From the IMG/VR virus record IMGVR_UViG_3300020043_000848, positions 1 to 25,541 of that record: a stretch of 25,541 nt of DNA. One strand, 5' to 3'. The position numbers and the translations under genes are program-made. Positions within the stretch are counted from its first letter, which is position 1. The number at the start of each line of letters is the position of its first letter. Under the pieces are notes generated by a model. The model saw nothing but the letters and a program-made list of their open reading frames with translations. It had not been told where the DNA came from and did no database searches. This stretch comes from a virus. Taxonomy: Duplodnaviria > Caudoviricetes. Shown here one piece after another: positions 1 through 8,165 of the stretch.

Positions 1-176
1 AATCTCACGGCTACTCTAAAGAACAAATCGAGAGAAAGAAAGAAAGTCTAGAAGGCGTCCTAGTTCCCGTCACCGCGGATTGGAACGTGGAGCTTCTCAA
101 AGAAGCCGGATTCAAGCACGTAGATTGCTACTGGCGTCACCTAAACTTCGCGGGTTGGGTTGCCGTCAAAGAATGA
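1..176 (+). CDS. cmoA: 3' end (57 aa) of a CmoA-like carboxy-S-adenosylmethionine synthase / SAM-dependent MTase-fold protein, truncated by the window edge
   Basis: Not in the ORF track. The frame starting at nt 3 reads SHGYSKEQIERKKESLEGVLVPVTADWNVELLKEAGFKHVDCYWRHLNFAGWVAVKE*. This matches the CmoA C-terminus pattern GYS..EI..KR..LE..........L..AGF.....W....NF....A.K (E. coli sequence recalled from memory). TGA 174-176 overlaps the next ATG (ATGA). Confidence 0.8.
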   Translation, partial: SHGYSKEQIERKKESLEGVLVPVTADWNVELLKEAGFKHVDCYWRHLNFAGWVAVKE

Positions 177-1252
177 AGCCTAAGTATTCCGTCCCGTCTA
201 TGAAGGAAGTAAAGAAGGCTAAAGGCTCTAACGGGTTTACTATGGTTTCGAGTTTTTCCGGTTGCGGTGGTTCTTGTCTAGGTTTTGAACTAGCCGGGTT
301 CAATCTTCTATGGGCGAACGAGTTTATTCCGGAAGCGCGGGAAACTTACCGGGCCAATCACGACGACGTAATCCTAGACGGACGCGACGTTAGAGAAGTA
401 AAGGGTTCCGAGATTCTCGAAGCTATTGGCCTCGAGGTCGGGGAACTTGATTTGTTCGAAGGCTCTCCGCCTTGCTCTTCGTTCTCTATGGCTGGCTCTA
501 GGGAAAAGGCTTGGGGGAAAGTAAAGTCCTATTCTGATTCCGAGCAACGAGCCGACGACTTGTTCTTCGAATACTCCCGGCTGATAAAAGAGATTCAACC
601 GAAAACCTTTATCGCCGAGAATGTTTCCGGGCTAGTTCGTGGAACCGCTCTAGGCTACTTCCGCGAAATCCTCCGTGACCTTAGAGCGAACGGGTATAAC
701 GTCGAGGCCAAACTTCTAGACGCCTCTTGGCTCGGTGTTCCTCAAGCTAGAAAGAGAATCATCTTTATCGGAGTCCGTAATGACCTAGTAGAGAAATACA
801 AGGTTGCTCCGGCCTTCCCTTCTCCCTTTGCCTATCAGTATTCGTTAGACGAAGCTCTAGAAGGCGTAGAAGCTTTAGAGGAGTATCTCGACCCGGAAAC
901 TCTTTGTGACATAAGCCTCGATAGATACGCGATTGGTTCGGAGTGGGATAAGACTCCAGTTGGAAAATCTTCCGATAAGTATTTTCAGTTAGTCAAGCCG
1001 AACCCGTCGAAGCCGATTGGAACGATTACAGCAAGCATTGGAAGTATGAGCGCAGCTTCTCAAGTTCACCCTTTGGAAAAGCGCAAGTTTACATTAGAAG
1101 AGCTAAGGCTTCTATCTAGTTTCCCCGCAGACTTTGTCCTAACCGGGACTTATCAGCAACGCTGTGAGCGTATCGGGAGAAGCGTTCCCCCGCTTATGGC
1201 TAAGGCAATAGGTGAAACAATAGCTAGAGAGATACTTGCCAAGACCCTTTAG
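173..1252 (+). CDS. C5-cytosine DNA methyltransferase-family enzyme, probable cytosine carboxymethyltransferase (359 aa)
   Basis: Motif I FSGCGG, IV GSPPCSSFSMAG (catalytic PC), VI ENVSGL, VIII GVPQARKR, IX RKFTLEELRLLSSFP, X IGRSVPP (Arg in place of the canonical Asn). Start placed at ATG 173 (ATGA overlap with the upstream gene) rather than at 80. Confidence 0.92.
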   Translation: MKPKYSVPSMKEVKKAKGSNGFTMVSSFSGCGGSCLGFELAGFNLLWANEFIPEARETYRANHDDVILDGRDVREVKGSEILEAIGLEVGELDLFEGSPPCSSFSMAGSREKAWGKVKSYSDSEQRADDLFFEYSRLIKEIQPKTFIAENVSGLVRGTALGYFREILRDLRANGYNVEAKLLDASWLGVPQARKRIIFIGVRNDLVEKYKVAPAFPSPFAYQYSLDEALEGVEALEEYLDPETLCDISLDRYAIGSEWDKTPVGKSSDKYFQLVKPNPSKPIGTITASIGSMSAASQVHPLEKRKFTLEELRLLSSFPADFVLTGTYQQRCERIGRSVPPLMAKAIGETIAREILAKTL

Positions 1253-1298
1253 GGGATTGGGAATCAAAAAAAATTTTTAAGTTTGCGAAAGAAGCATA

Positions 1299-1748
1299 AT
1301 GCCAGCAGGACGACCAACTAAACCAGTAGAGATAAAGCGATTGACTGGCAATCCCGGCAAGCGCGCCCTGCCGGAGCAATCGGCAATAATGCTAATCCCT
1401 CAAGCAAGCAATACCCCTGAACCTGCGCGTCCACTTCTCAAATACGGTCAGGAACTTTGGAACCGGGTTTGGGAATCCGGCATAAATTGGATATCTCCAA
1501 ACACCGACCTAGAACTTTTACTTATGACTTGCGAAATGATAGACGAACGTTGGAATCTTCGAGTTCGCGTAATGACCGACAACAACCCCAAAGACCGACG
1601 GGGACTCCGGGAGATTGACCGACAAATAGTTTCCAATCTTGGGCTTCTAGGGTTTACGCCGTCCGACCGTTCCCGGTTAGGCGTTGCTGAGGTAAAGAAA
1701 ATGAGCAAGCTAGAAGAGCTAATGGCAAAGAAGGCTAACCGTGAATAG
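1299..1748 (+). CDS. terS: Terminase small subunit (P27 family)
   Basis: N-terminal GRPTKP..KRLTGNPGKRAL and C-terminal LGFTPSDRSRL, typical of P27-family TerS; directly upstream of terL. Confidence 0.88.
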   Translation: MPAGRPTKPVEIKRLTGNPGKRALPEQSAIMLIPQASNTPEPARPLLKYGQELWNRVWESGINWISPNTDLELLLMTCEMIDERWNLRVRVMTDNNPKDRRGLREIDRQIVSNLGLLGFTPSDRSRLGVAEVKKMSKLEELMAKKANRE

Positions 1749-3264
1749 TTGGCCTCCGCTTTGGCTTACTCCCGTTCCAAAAAAAGCAATCGAGCAAGGC
1801 GACGGGGAATTCGTAATTGAATTTTCGGAAACCTTTGGAACAATCGGTAAGGACGGAATCGCTGGAAAGGTAGGGGACGCACTCAAGCTACGTGACTGGC
1901 AGAAAGAACTAATCCGTCACGTCTACGCCCGGGACGAAAACGGTGGCCTAATAGCGAAAACTTGTCTAATCGGGGAACCGAGGAAAAATGGCAAGAGCGC
2001 GCTTGCTTCAGTTAGCTTTGGACTTTACTCGCTACTTGCTGAAGGCGTAGACGGCGGAGAAGTGTATTCAATCGCAGCTGAGAAAGAACAGGCTCGAATC
2101 GTATTCTCCGAAGCTAAGAGAATCGTCGAGTCTACGGAACTAAGCGAAATGGTAAAGGTCTACCGCGACGCACTATTTGTTCCAGAAACTAATTCCGTCT
2201 ATCGAGTTCTATCCGCAGAGAGTTTTTCCAAAGAAGGCTACAACCCCCACCGTGTAATCGCTGATGAGCTTCACGCGCATAAAGACCGTTCACTCTTTGA
2301 CGTTATGAGCTTGGCTATGGGAAACCGTGGAAGTATTGCGCAGCTAATCGCAATCACAACCGCCGGAGTGAAAAAGGATATGACTGGAGGCGACTCGATT
2401 GCTTACAACTTATTTCAGTATGGACAAAAGGTTTCTCGCGGAGAAGTAAAAGACCCGTCTTTCTTTATGGCGTGGTGGGCAGCACCGGACGAAGCAGACC
2501 ACCGCGACCCGAAAGTTTGGGAGCAAGCTAACCCGGGCTTCAACGACCTAGTGGACAAGGCAGACTTTGAATCCGCAGTAAAGCGAACCCCCGAAGCTGA
2601 GTTTCGAACTAAACGCTTGAACCAATGGGTAAGCTCGCAGACCGCTTGGTTACCCGCTGGAACTTGGGACGAACTAAAAAGCGAACGTAAACCTAGCCCG
2701 GACGACGAAATAATTCTTGGCTTTGACGGCTCCTTCTCTGGAGACTGTACCGTTCTAGTTGCTTGTGTTATTCCTAAGACCGAAGAAGAGAAACCTTTCC
2801 TTTGGCTAGTCAAGGAATGGGAGAAAGACCTAACGATTCACGACGACTTGTGGCGGGTAGATATTCAAGAAGTCGAGGAAACAATTATGAACTTTATACG
2901 TGACTACCCAAAGACTAGAGAAGTAGCTTGTGACCCTTTTCGCTGGCAACGTTCTATGGAAGTCCTAGCCGATAAAGGAATCCCAATCGTCGAGTGGCCT
3001 TCGACTTCACCGAAACGAATGGTTCAAGCTTGCGCTAAATTCTATGATGCCGTGACCGGGGGAACCGTTGAACACGACGGAAGCCCAGTCTTAGCCCGGC
3101 ACTTAGACAACGCCGTGACCAAGATAGACAACTTGGGAATCCGTATCGTAAAAGAGAACCGTCATTCACCGCGCAAGATTGACGCAGCGGTAGCCGCAGT
3201 AATCGCCTTCGATAGAGCAGTTAGCAGTAGAATAGAAGAAATGGTTCCCGACTTCTTTTTCTAA
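1741..3264 (+). CDS. terL: Terminase large subunit
   Basis: LRDWQ Q-motif, Walker A PRKNGKS, Walker B IADELH, coupling motif ITTAG, nuclease GFDGS and KIDAAVA; GTG start overlaps terS. Confidence 0.96.
   Translation: MNSWPPLWLTPVPKKAIEQGDGEFVIEFSETFGTIGKDGIAGKVGDALKLRDWQKELIRHVYARDENGGLIAKTCLIGEPRKNGKSALASVSFGLYSLLAEGVDGGEVYSIAAEKEQARIVFSEAKRIVESTELSEMVKVYRDALFVPETNSVYRVLSAESFSKEGYNPHRVIADELHAHKDRSLFDVMSLAMGNRGSIAQLIAITTAGVKKDMTGGDSIAYNLFQYGQKVSRGEVKDPSFFMAWWAAPDEADHRDPKVWEQANPGFNDLVDKADFESAVKRTPEAEFRTKRLNQWVSSQTAWLPAGTWDELKSERKPSPDDEIILGFDGSFSGDCTVLVACVIPKTEEEKPFLWLVKEWEKDLTIHDDLWRVDIQEVEETIMNFIRDYPKTREVACDPFRWQRSMEVLADKGIPIVEWPSTSPKRMVQACAKFYDAVTGGTVEHDGSPVLARHLDNAVTKIDNLGIRIVKENRHSPRKIDAAVAAVIAFDRAVSSRIEEMVPDFFF
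3227..3236 (+). promoter_or_regulatory. GTARRATAGA repeated motif (putative -10-type module promoter), copy 1
   Basis: GTAGAATAGA in the last codons of terL. The same 10-mer consensus occurs at 10423, 12352, 16398 and 18858, each just before a gene module. Confidence 0.55.
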
Positions 3265-3273
3265 GGGTGAATA

Positions 3274-3405
3274 ATGGCAACAGTAATTCAAATAATCGGA
3301 GCCGCAGTAATCGTTGCGGGTATAGCTTTTCTTTCGATACCCGTTTCTCTAATTGTCGCTGGAGTAGCGACGGTCTTATTTGGAATTGCTATGGAGCGTA
3401 ACTAA
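3274..3405 (+). CDS. Small hydrophobic membrane protein (43 aa)
   Basis: Not in the ORF track: MATVIQIIGAAVIVAGIAFLSIPVSLIVAGVATVLFGIAMERN*. Fills the terL-portal gap; its TAA overlaps the portal ATG (TAATG). Confidence 0.75.
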   Translation: MATVIQIIGAAVIVAGIAFLSIPVSLIVAGVATVLFGIAMERN

Positions 3406-4757
3406 TGCTGAATAACCTTTTTGAGAAAAGGGCAATAAACTTTCAAACTTTATGGGGAGCTGGCGAAGACCTAGTAGACCTAAATCAGTCAGGAACTGTT
3501 GTCAATTCAGAAACAGCGTTCAAGATTACCGCGGTCTGGTCGGCTGTATCCCTTATCTCGGATACAATTTCAACTCTTCCACTAGACGCTTACATTCGAC
3601 GCGACGGAGCAAGAGGCCCGTTCCGTCCGAAGCCAGCTTGGGTAACTAAACCCGACCTAGACCAACAGCCTTCAGCCTTCTGGCAGTCCGTAATTGTTTC
3701 GCTTCTAATTGACGGAAACGCATTCGTGCGCGTCTTCCGCTCTGGCGGGCAGGTTGTGAATCTAGTTCCACTAAACCCGCACAAGGTTCAAATCAAGCGC
3801 AACGGTATCGGTCGAGTTATGTTCGAGGTTCAAGGAGAGAAAAATCTTCTTAGCTCCGAAGACGTTATCTTTATTGCCGACTTAGTTCGTCCGGGCGACA
3901 TACGCGGAATGGCTAGAGTCGAAGCTCTCAAAGATAACCTTGGACTTTCTATTGCGCTCGAGTCTTACGCTGCCCGCTTCTTTAGCAACAGCGCAACACC
4001 TCAAGGAATCATTCAGTTCCCAGGCAATCTCAATTCAGAGCAGGCCGAAAATCTTCGACGCGGATTCGACTCGGCCCACCGAGGGCTAAAGCGTTCGCAC
4101 AAGACCGGAGTTCTATCCGGTGGCGCAGAATGGAAACCAACAGGTGTAGACCCTGAGCAGAGCCAACTAGAGAACTCGCGTCGCCTAGCGGTTGAAGACG
4201 TAGCTCGCGCGTTCAACATTCCAAACCATATGCTTGGCGTTCAAGGTTCAACGGCATACGCCTCAGTCGAGCAAGACTCTATCTTCTTTGTTCAGCACAC
4301 GCTTAGACCAATCGTTCAGAAACTAGAAACCGCATTTAGCATTCTTCTAAACGAAGTTCCCGGCGGAGAGAACGCATTCTTGAAATTCAATCTCGACGGA
4401 TTGCTCCGCGGAGATTCACAGGCCCGGGCGAATTCTTATTCAATAGGACTTCAGGCCGGGTATTACACCGTGAACGACATTAGAAGATTCGAAGACCTAA
4501 CCCCAATGACCGATAATGTAGCAAACCAAGTTCGAGTTCCACTAGCGAACGTATCTATTGACGACTCACGCGTAACTATTGAGGACAAGAAAGTTCTTAT
4601 GGCTCAAAGACTAGTTACCGCGGGTTATGACCCGAAGGCAGTTCTCGAAGCTCTAGGACTTCCGGCAATTCCTCACACCGGAATTCCTTCCGTTATGCTT
4701 CAGGGAGTTGCTCAGATTGACCCGGCTAACCCGCAGGGCGTCTACGAGGTTCAGTAA
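3405..4757 (+). CDS. Portal protein, HK97 family
   Basis: AVWSAVSLISDTISTLPL, SLLIDGNAF, FFSNSATPQGII, VARAFNIPNHMLG, FNLDGLLRGD, TVNDIRRFEDL motifs; position after terL. Confidence 0.95.
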   Translation: MLNNLFEKRAINFQTLWGAGEDLVDLNQSGTVVNSETAFKITAVWSAVSLISDTISTLPLDAYIRRDGARGPFRPKPAWVTKPDLDQQPSAFWQSVIVSLLIDGNAFVRVFRSGGQVVNLVPLNPHKVQIKRNGIGRVMFEVQGEKNLLSSEDVIFIADLVRPGDIRGMARVEALKDNLGLSIALESYAARFFSNSATPQGIIQFPGNLNSEQAENLRRGFDSAHRGLKRSHKTGVLSGGAEWKPTGVDPEQSQLENSRRLAVEDVARAFNIPNHMLGVQGSTAYASVEQDSIFFVQHTLRPIVQKLETAFSILLNEVPGGENAFLKFNLDGLLRGDSQARANSYSIGLQAGYYTVNDIRRFEDLTPMTDNVANQVRVPLANVSIDDSRVTIEDKKVLMAQRLVTAGYDPKAVLEALGLPAIPHTGIPSVMLQGVAQIDPANPQGVYEVQ

Positions 4758-5017
4758 TGGCAATTAGTTCGGGAGCTATTACGGTTGGAACCGTTCCGTC
4801 AATTATCGACGGAACTTACAATTCCAATTTTCGCCTAATCGTTCACAACAACGACAACACGGACGCAGTTTACTTAGGTGGCCCGAACGTAACTATTACC
4901 GACGGCTTGAAACTAGATAAGGGAATCATTCTTCAGCTAGAAATGAATCCGCTTGAATCCGTATTCGCAGTATCCGGAAAAGCCGGACACGTAATTACCT
5001 ATCTGAAGCAGGTATAA
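4757..5017 (+). CDS. Hypothetical beta-rich protein (86 aa), possibly head-associated
   Basis: Coupled (TAATG) to the portal, inside the head module; no motif recognised. Confidence 0.65.
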   Translation: MAISSGAITVGTVPSIIDGTYNSNFRLIVHNNDNTDAVYLGGPNVTITDGLKLDKGIILQLEMNPLESVFAVSGKAGHVITYLKQV

Positions 5018-5018
5018 G

Positions 5019-6557
5019 TTGCCATATTATATAACAGAAAAATCCGCAGACTGCCCAGCTTGGGCCGTAGTAAAAGAAGACGGCGAACTAATCGCTTGCC
5101 ACGACACTAAAGAATCCGCGATTGACCAAGCAGTAGCTATTAGCATTTCCGAAGAAGAAGAATTTGTTGGAGAGCGCGCAGCGGTTGGAGAACTAAATCC
5201 GGGCGATTATGTTAGCTGGAACATAAACGACCCTAAGATTCTTGCCGAAGTAATTTTGGTAGAAGGTCAAGTAGCCGTTCTCGAAGTTTATGAGTTAGAA
5301 GATACGGTCTATCACTCGACAGACCGCCTAATGATTATGAACGTCTTCAAGCTAAAGCGTGTTCCTAGACCAGAACTAATCTCTGAAGAGTTTGAAGAAG
5401 AAGACCTAGAAGAGCAAGCTTCAGAAGAAGATATAATGCTGGAAGATGAAATCCGTCAGGTAAACCTAACCCCGCCCGCCTATATGAGAGCAGCAGCGCG
5501 TAGAGGTCTAGAGTATTACTCCGAAGGTTTAGCGGGTGACGGTCTAGTAGATAGAACCGTTAGAGAAGCTCGAGCTATGGCAGAAGGAAACGTTACCGCC
5601 GACAAATGGGTTCGTATCGGAGCGTGGATTGCTAGACACTTAGGCGACCTAGATTCTCCGGACGCAAATCCTTCTTCCGAGAATTATCCTTCTGCGGGAG
5701 TTGTTGCTCATCTTCTTTGGGGAAGTGGGCCGAGCAAGTCTTCAGCACGTCGAGCGTTGAACTATGCGCAGGGAGTCGTTGCTAGACTAGAGGAAGAAAA
5801 TCGCGCAAGCATAAGTCAGGAAAGCGAACAAATGGCAAAGATTGAAAAGCGAACTAACGAAGTTCAGTTCGAGCTAAGAGCGGTAGAGAACGGCGACGGA
5901 ATGACGTTTACCGGATACGCCGCAGTCTTCAACTCTCCAAGCGAACCACTTCCTTTTATCGAACGGATTGCTCCGGGCGCATTCAAGCGTTCGCTAAAAG
6001 CCCGTAACGATATCAAGCTTCTATGGAATCACGACACCGGAAGCGTTCTAGGTTCTACACGCGCCGGAACTCTAAAGCTAGAAGAAGACTCTCACGGACT
6101 ACGGGTAACCGCTATGCTCCCTGAAACTTCTCTCGGGAAAGACGTTCGGACTCTTGTTCAACGCGGTGATGTATCAGCTATGTCTTTTGGATTTTCAGTT
6201 CCGGCTAACGGGGATTCTTGGAATACGGAGGGAACAGAAAGAACTCTCCGCTCCGTAAGGATTCACGAAGTGAGCATTGTCGCGTTTCCCGCATACAGTC
6301 AGACCGCAGGAACCGCAGCGGTTCGTTCTTTTGACGGAGTAGCAAAGCGCGCAGAGGTAGACGCAGATGAATTAGCAGACGCTATGCTTGCTATCGAAGA
6401 CGGCAAAGACTTATCTCTAGTTCAGTCGGAACTTCTTACTAAAGTAATTCAGCGACTAACCCCGCAAGAAGTAGCAGAAACGGAAGATAACTCGGAAGAG
6501 CTAACCGCGCTAGAACTAAAGAAGAAGAAGTTTGAACTACTAATGAAGAGGCTATAA
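5019..6557 (+). CDS. HK97-type prohead protease with a long N-terminal multidomain extension
   Basis: The C-terminal ~240 aa carry FTGYAAVFN, ERIAPGAFKRSL, LLWNHD (His), MSFGF (Ser) and HEVSIVAFPAY. The N-terminal ~270 aa are unrelated domains plus an acidic linker. TTG start. Confidence 0.9.
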   Translation: MPYYITEKSADCPAWAVVKEDGELIACHDTKESAIDQAVAISISEEEEFVGERAAVGELNPGDYVSWNINDPKILAEVILVEGQVAVLEVYELEDTVYHSTDRLMIMNVFKLKRVPRPELISEEFEEEDLEEQASEEDIMLEDEIRQVNLTPPAYMRAAARRGLEYYSEGLAGDGLVDRTVREARAMAEGNVTADKWVRIGAWIARHLGDLDSPDANPSSENYPSAGVVAHLLWGSGPSKSSARRALNYAQGVVARLEEENRASISQESEQMAKIEKRTNEVQFELRAVENGDGMTFTGYAAVFNSPSEPLPFIERIAPGAFKRSLKARNDIKLLWNHDTGSVLGSTRAGTLKLEEDSHGLRVTAMLPETSLGKDVRTLVQRGDVSAMSFGFSVPANGDSWNTEGTERTLRSVRIHEVSIVAFPAYSQTAGTAAVRSFDGVAKRAEVDADELADAMLAIEDGKDLSLVQSELLTKVIQRLTPQEVAETEDNSEELTALELKKKKFELLMKRL

Positions 6558-6725
6558 ATGGCAAGCAAGGAAGCAATCAAAGAGGCAATTCTAAAAGCTT
6601 CAGGTAATCCCGAATACGGAGTAGTTACTGATAATGTAGAAGCTTGGGCGCAAGCAATCTGGGAACTTGACAACGAAGTCAAGCCTAAAGAAGTTCGCGT
6701 CATAGAGGCTAAAGAAACCCGATAA
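6558..6725 (+). CDS. Hypothetical protein (55 aa)
   Basis: Not in the ORF track: MASKEAIKEAILKASGNPEYGVVTDNVEAWAQAIWELDNEVKPKEVRVIEAKETR*. ATG immediately follows the protease stop. Confidence 0.7.
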   Translation: MASKEAIKEAILKASGNPEYGVVTDNVEAWAQAIWELDNEVKPKEVRVIEAKETR

Positions 6726-6802
6726 GGGCCGTCGAGGATTTCCCCCTTTCTCTCGACACGCAACCCCGCCGTATTCCTTTCCGGCGGGGTTGCTCTTTGC
6801 CC
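6726..6802 (+). other. Structured intergenic element: two hairpins with CCTTTC-containing loops; the second may act as a terminator
   Basis: GTCGAG(6731-36)/CTCGAC(6752-57); perfect 12-bp stem GCAACCCCGCCG(6760-71)/CGGCGGGGTTGC(6782-93) followed by TCTTT; outer GGGC(6726-29)/GCCC(6799-6802). Confidence 0.6.
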
Positions 6803-6806
6803 GGGT

Positions 6807-6815
6807 TGTTAGAAT
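6807..6815 (+). promoter_or_regulatory. Extended -10 promoter (TGnTAGAAT) for the major capsid gene
   Basis: TG-T-TAGAAT directly after the hairpins and about 90 nt upstream of the capsid ATG, which has an AAGGAG RBS. Confidence 0.55.
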
Positions 6816-6821
6816 ATAACT

Positions 6822-6870
6822 AATGGGTCGAGTCAGCTCCCCGTTGCTACCGTATGAGTTAGCTCGACGG
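6822..6870 (+). promoter_or_regulatory. Tandem GAG-TYAG-CTC hairpin pair in the capsid 5' leader (candidate cis-regulatory RNA)
   Basis: GAGTCAGCTC 6830-39 and GAGTTAGCTC 6856-65, each closed by a lower stem (AATGGG/CCCGTT; CCGT/ACGG). Confidence 0.45.
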
Positions 6871-6903
6871 AATCCAAATCAAAATAACTAAGGAGAAACA
6901 ACT

Positions 6904-8076
6904 ATGTCTGACTTCCTAAAGTCACAGGTTGAGGCTCGCAACAATCTAATCGAACAGGCTCGTGGCGTTATTGAGTCTGCCGAATCAGAGAAGCGCGGGT
7001 TGTCTGCTGAAGACCAGCAGAAAATCGACCGTATCGAAACAGAGATTAGCCAGCGCGACGCAGCTATCGACACCGCAAAGAAACTAGCAGAGCGCGAAGA
7101 GCGCGCAGTAGACGCAGCCCGCGAGTCCTTCGTTCCTTCGAATGAAGTTCGCAACGACAGCGACATTCTACGCGCAATCGCAAATGGCGAAGTTCGCTCA
7201 CACATCTTCGGCGCAGAGAAGAGAAGTCTTGTTCCTTCAGACAATACTGTTCCAAAAAGTTTTTATGACGAGGTGTTTTCTGTGGCCAGACAGGCCGGCC
7301 CTATGCTTCAGGTCGCACAGGTCATCAACACCGCTTCTGGTGAGCAGCTAACCATTCCAACTCTTACCGGATACTCAACCGCAACTATCAAGTCTGCTGG
7401 TTCAGCTATCTCGGACTCAGAGCCAACATTCAGCTCAATCGCTCTATCAGCATTCAAGTATTCATTCTTGGTTCCTGTGGCGAATGAACTTCTAACAGAT
7501 GCCGGTTTTGACATCAGCTCACTCATTGCTGAGCAGGCCGGTAACGCCATCGGATTCGGAGTAAACACCGGACTAACCGTTGGAACTGGAACTGTAGAAC
7601 CGACTGGTATCTTCACAACCGGAGCTTCCGCTGTAACTGGTGGAACCGGTGTGTCAGGTGCTCCAACTTACGAGAACCTTGTGGACCTTGTCTATGCTCT
7701 AGACGGCGCAGCAAGAATTCTGCCGGGTGTCGGATTCCTGATGTCCAAGTCTGGTCTTGCGGCAGTTCGCAAAATCAAGGACGGCGCAGGAAACTACATC
7801 TGGTCAGGTAACGCAGTTCTAGGTCAGCCGGACACAATCCTTGGATACCCAGTATTCGAGAACCCGGCCGCACCGACAGTTGCTGTTGGCGCATTTAGCA
7901 TTGGCTATGGACACCTTCCAAGCTACAAGGCTCGTGTTGCTGGAGGAATCCAAGTAGCTCAGTCATCTGATTATGCCTTCAACGAAGATGTGACCACATT
8001 CAGAGTCACCGCTCGCGTGGATGGAAAATTGACTCACGCAAGCCACTTCGTGAAGTTCAAGGGTGGAGCAAGCTAA
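6904..8076 (+). CDS. Major capsid protein, HK97 fold with N-terminal coiled-coil (delta) domain
   Basis: Coiled-coil N-terminus, then VP(K)SF, SNELL-like ANELLTD, GTGTVEPTGI, KIKDGAGNYIW, TILGYPV, FRVTARVDG; strong RBS AAGGAG. Confidence 0.95.
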   Translation: MSDFLKSQVEARNNLIEQARGVIESAESEKRGLSAEDQQKIDRIETEISQRDAAIDTAKKLAEREERAVDAARESFVPSNEVRNDSDILRAIANGEVRSHIFGAEKRSLVPSDNTVPKSFYDEVFSVARQAGPMLQVAQVINTASGEQLTIPTLTGYSTATIKSAGSAISDSEPTFSSIALSAFKYSFLVPVANELLTDAGFDISSLIAEQAGNAIGFGVNTGLTVGTGTVEPTGIFTTGASAVTGGTGVSGAPTYENLVDLVYALDGAARILPGVGFLMSKSGLAAVRKIKDGAGNYIWSGNAVLGQPDTILGYPVFENPAAPTVAVGAFSIGYGHLPSYKARVAGGIQVAQSSDYAFNEDVTTFRVTARVDGKLTHASHFVKFKGGAS

Positions 8077-8095
8077 ACACTAGCTCTCAAAGACT

Positions 8096-8146
8096 GGAGA
8101 GGTCGTCGGACGGTAGGGTTCCGGCGACCTTTCCTTTTGTCTTTTT
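8096..8146 (+). terminator. Rho-independent terminator after the capsid gene
   Basis: GGAGAGGTCGTCGGA(8096-8110)/TCCGGCGACCTTTCC(8120-34) stem with G-U pairs, followed by TTTTGTCTTTTT. Confidence 0.8.
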
Positions 8147-8150
8147 CAAG

Positions 8151-8165
8151 TGCTAATGTTTTTCT
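8151..8165 (+). promoter_or_regulatory. Leaderless-type promoter TGcTAATGT-N6-ATG
   Basis: TAATGT 8154-59 preceded by TG, exactly 6 nt before ATG 8166; no SD sequence. Confidence 0.55.

Noticed and set aside
80-172. 31-aa N-terminal extension of the MTase (ORF track start at 80)
   Set aside because: It overlaps the CmoA-like gene in another frame; ATG 173 with an ATGA overlap is the natural start.
6726-6802. Possible tRNA-like cloverleaf (77 nt multi-branch fold)
   Set aside because: Only two arms; no T-loop (TTCRA), D-loop, 7-nt anticodon loop or CCA.
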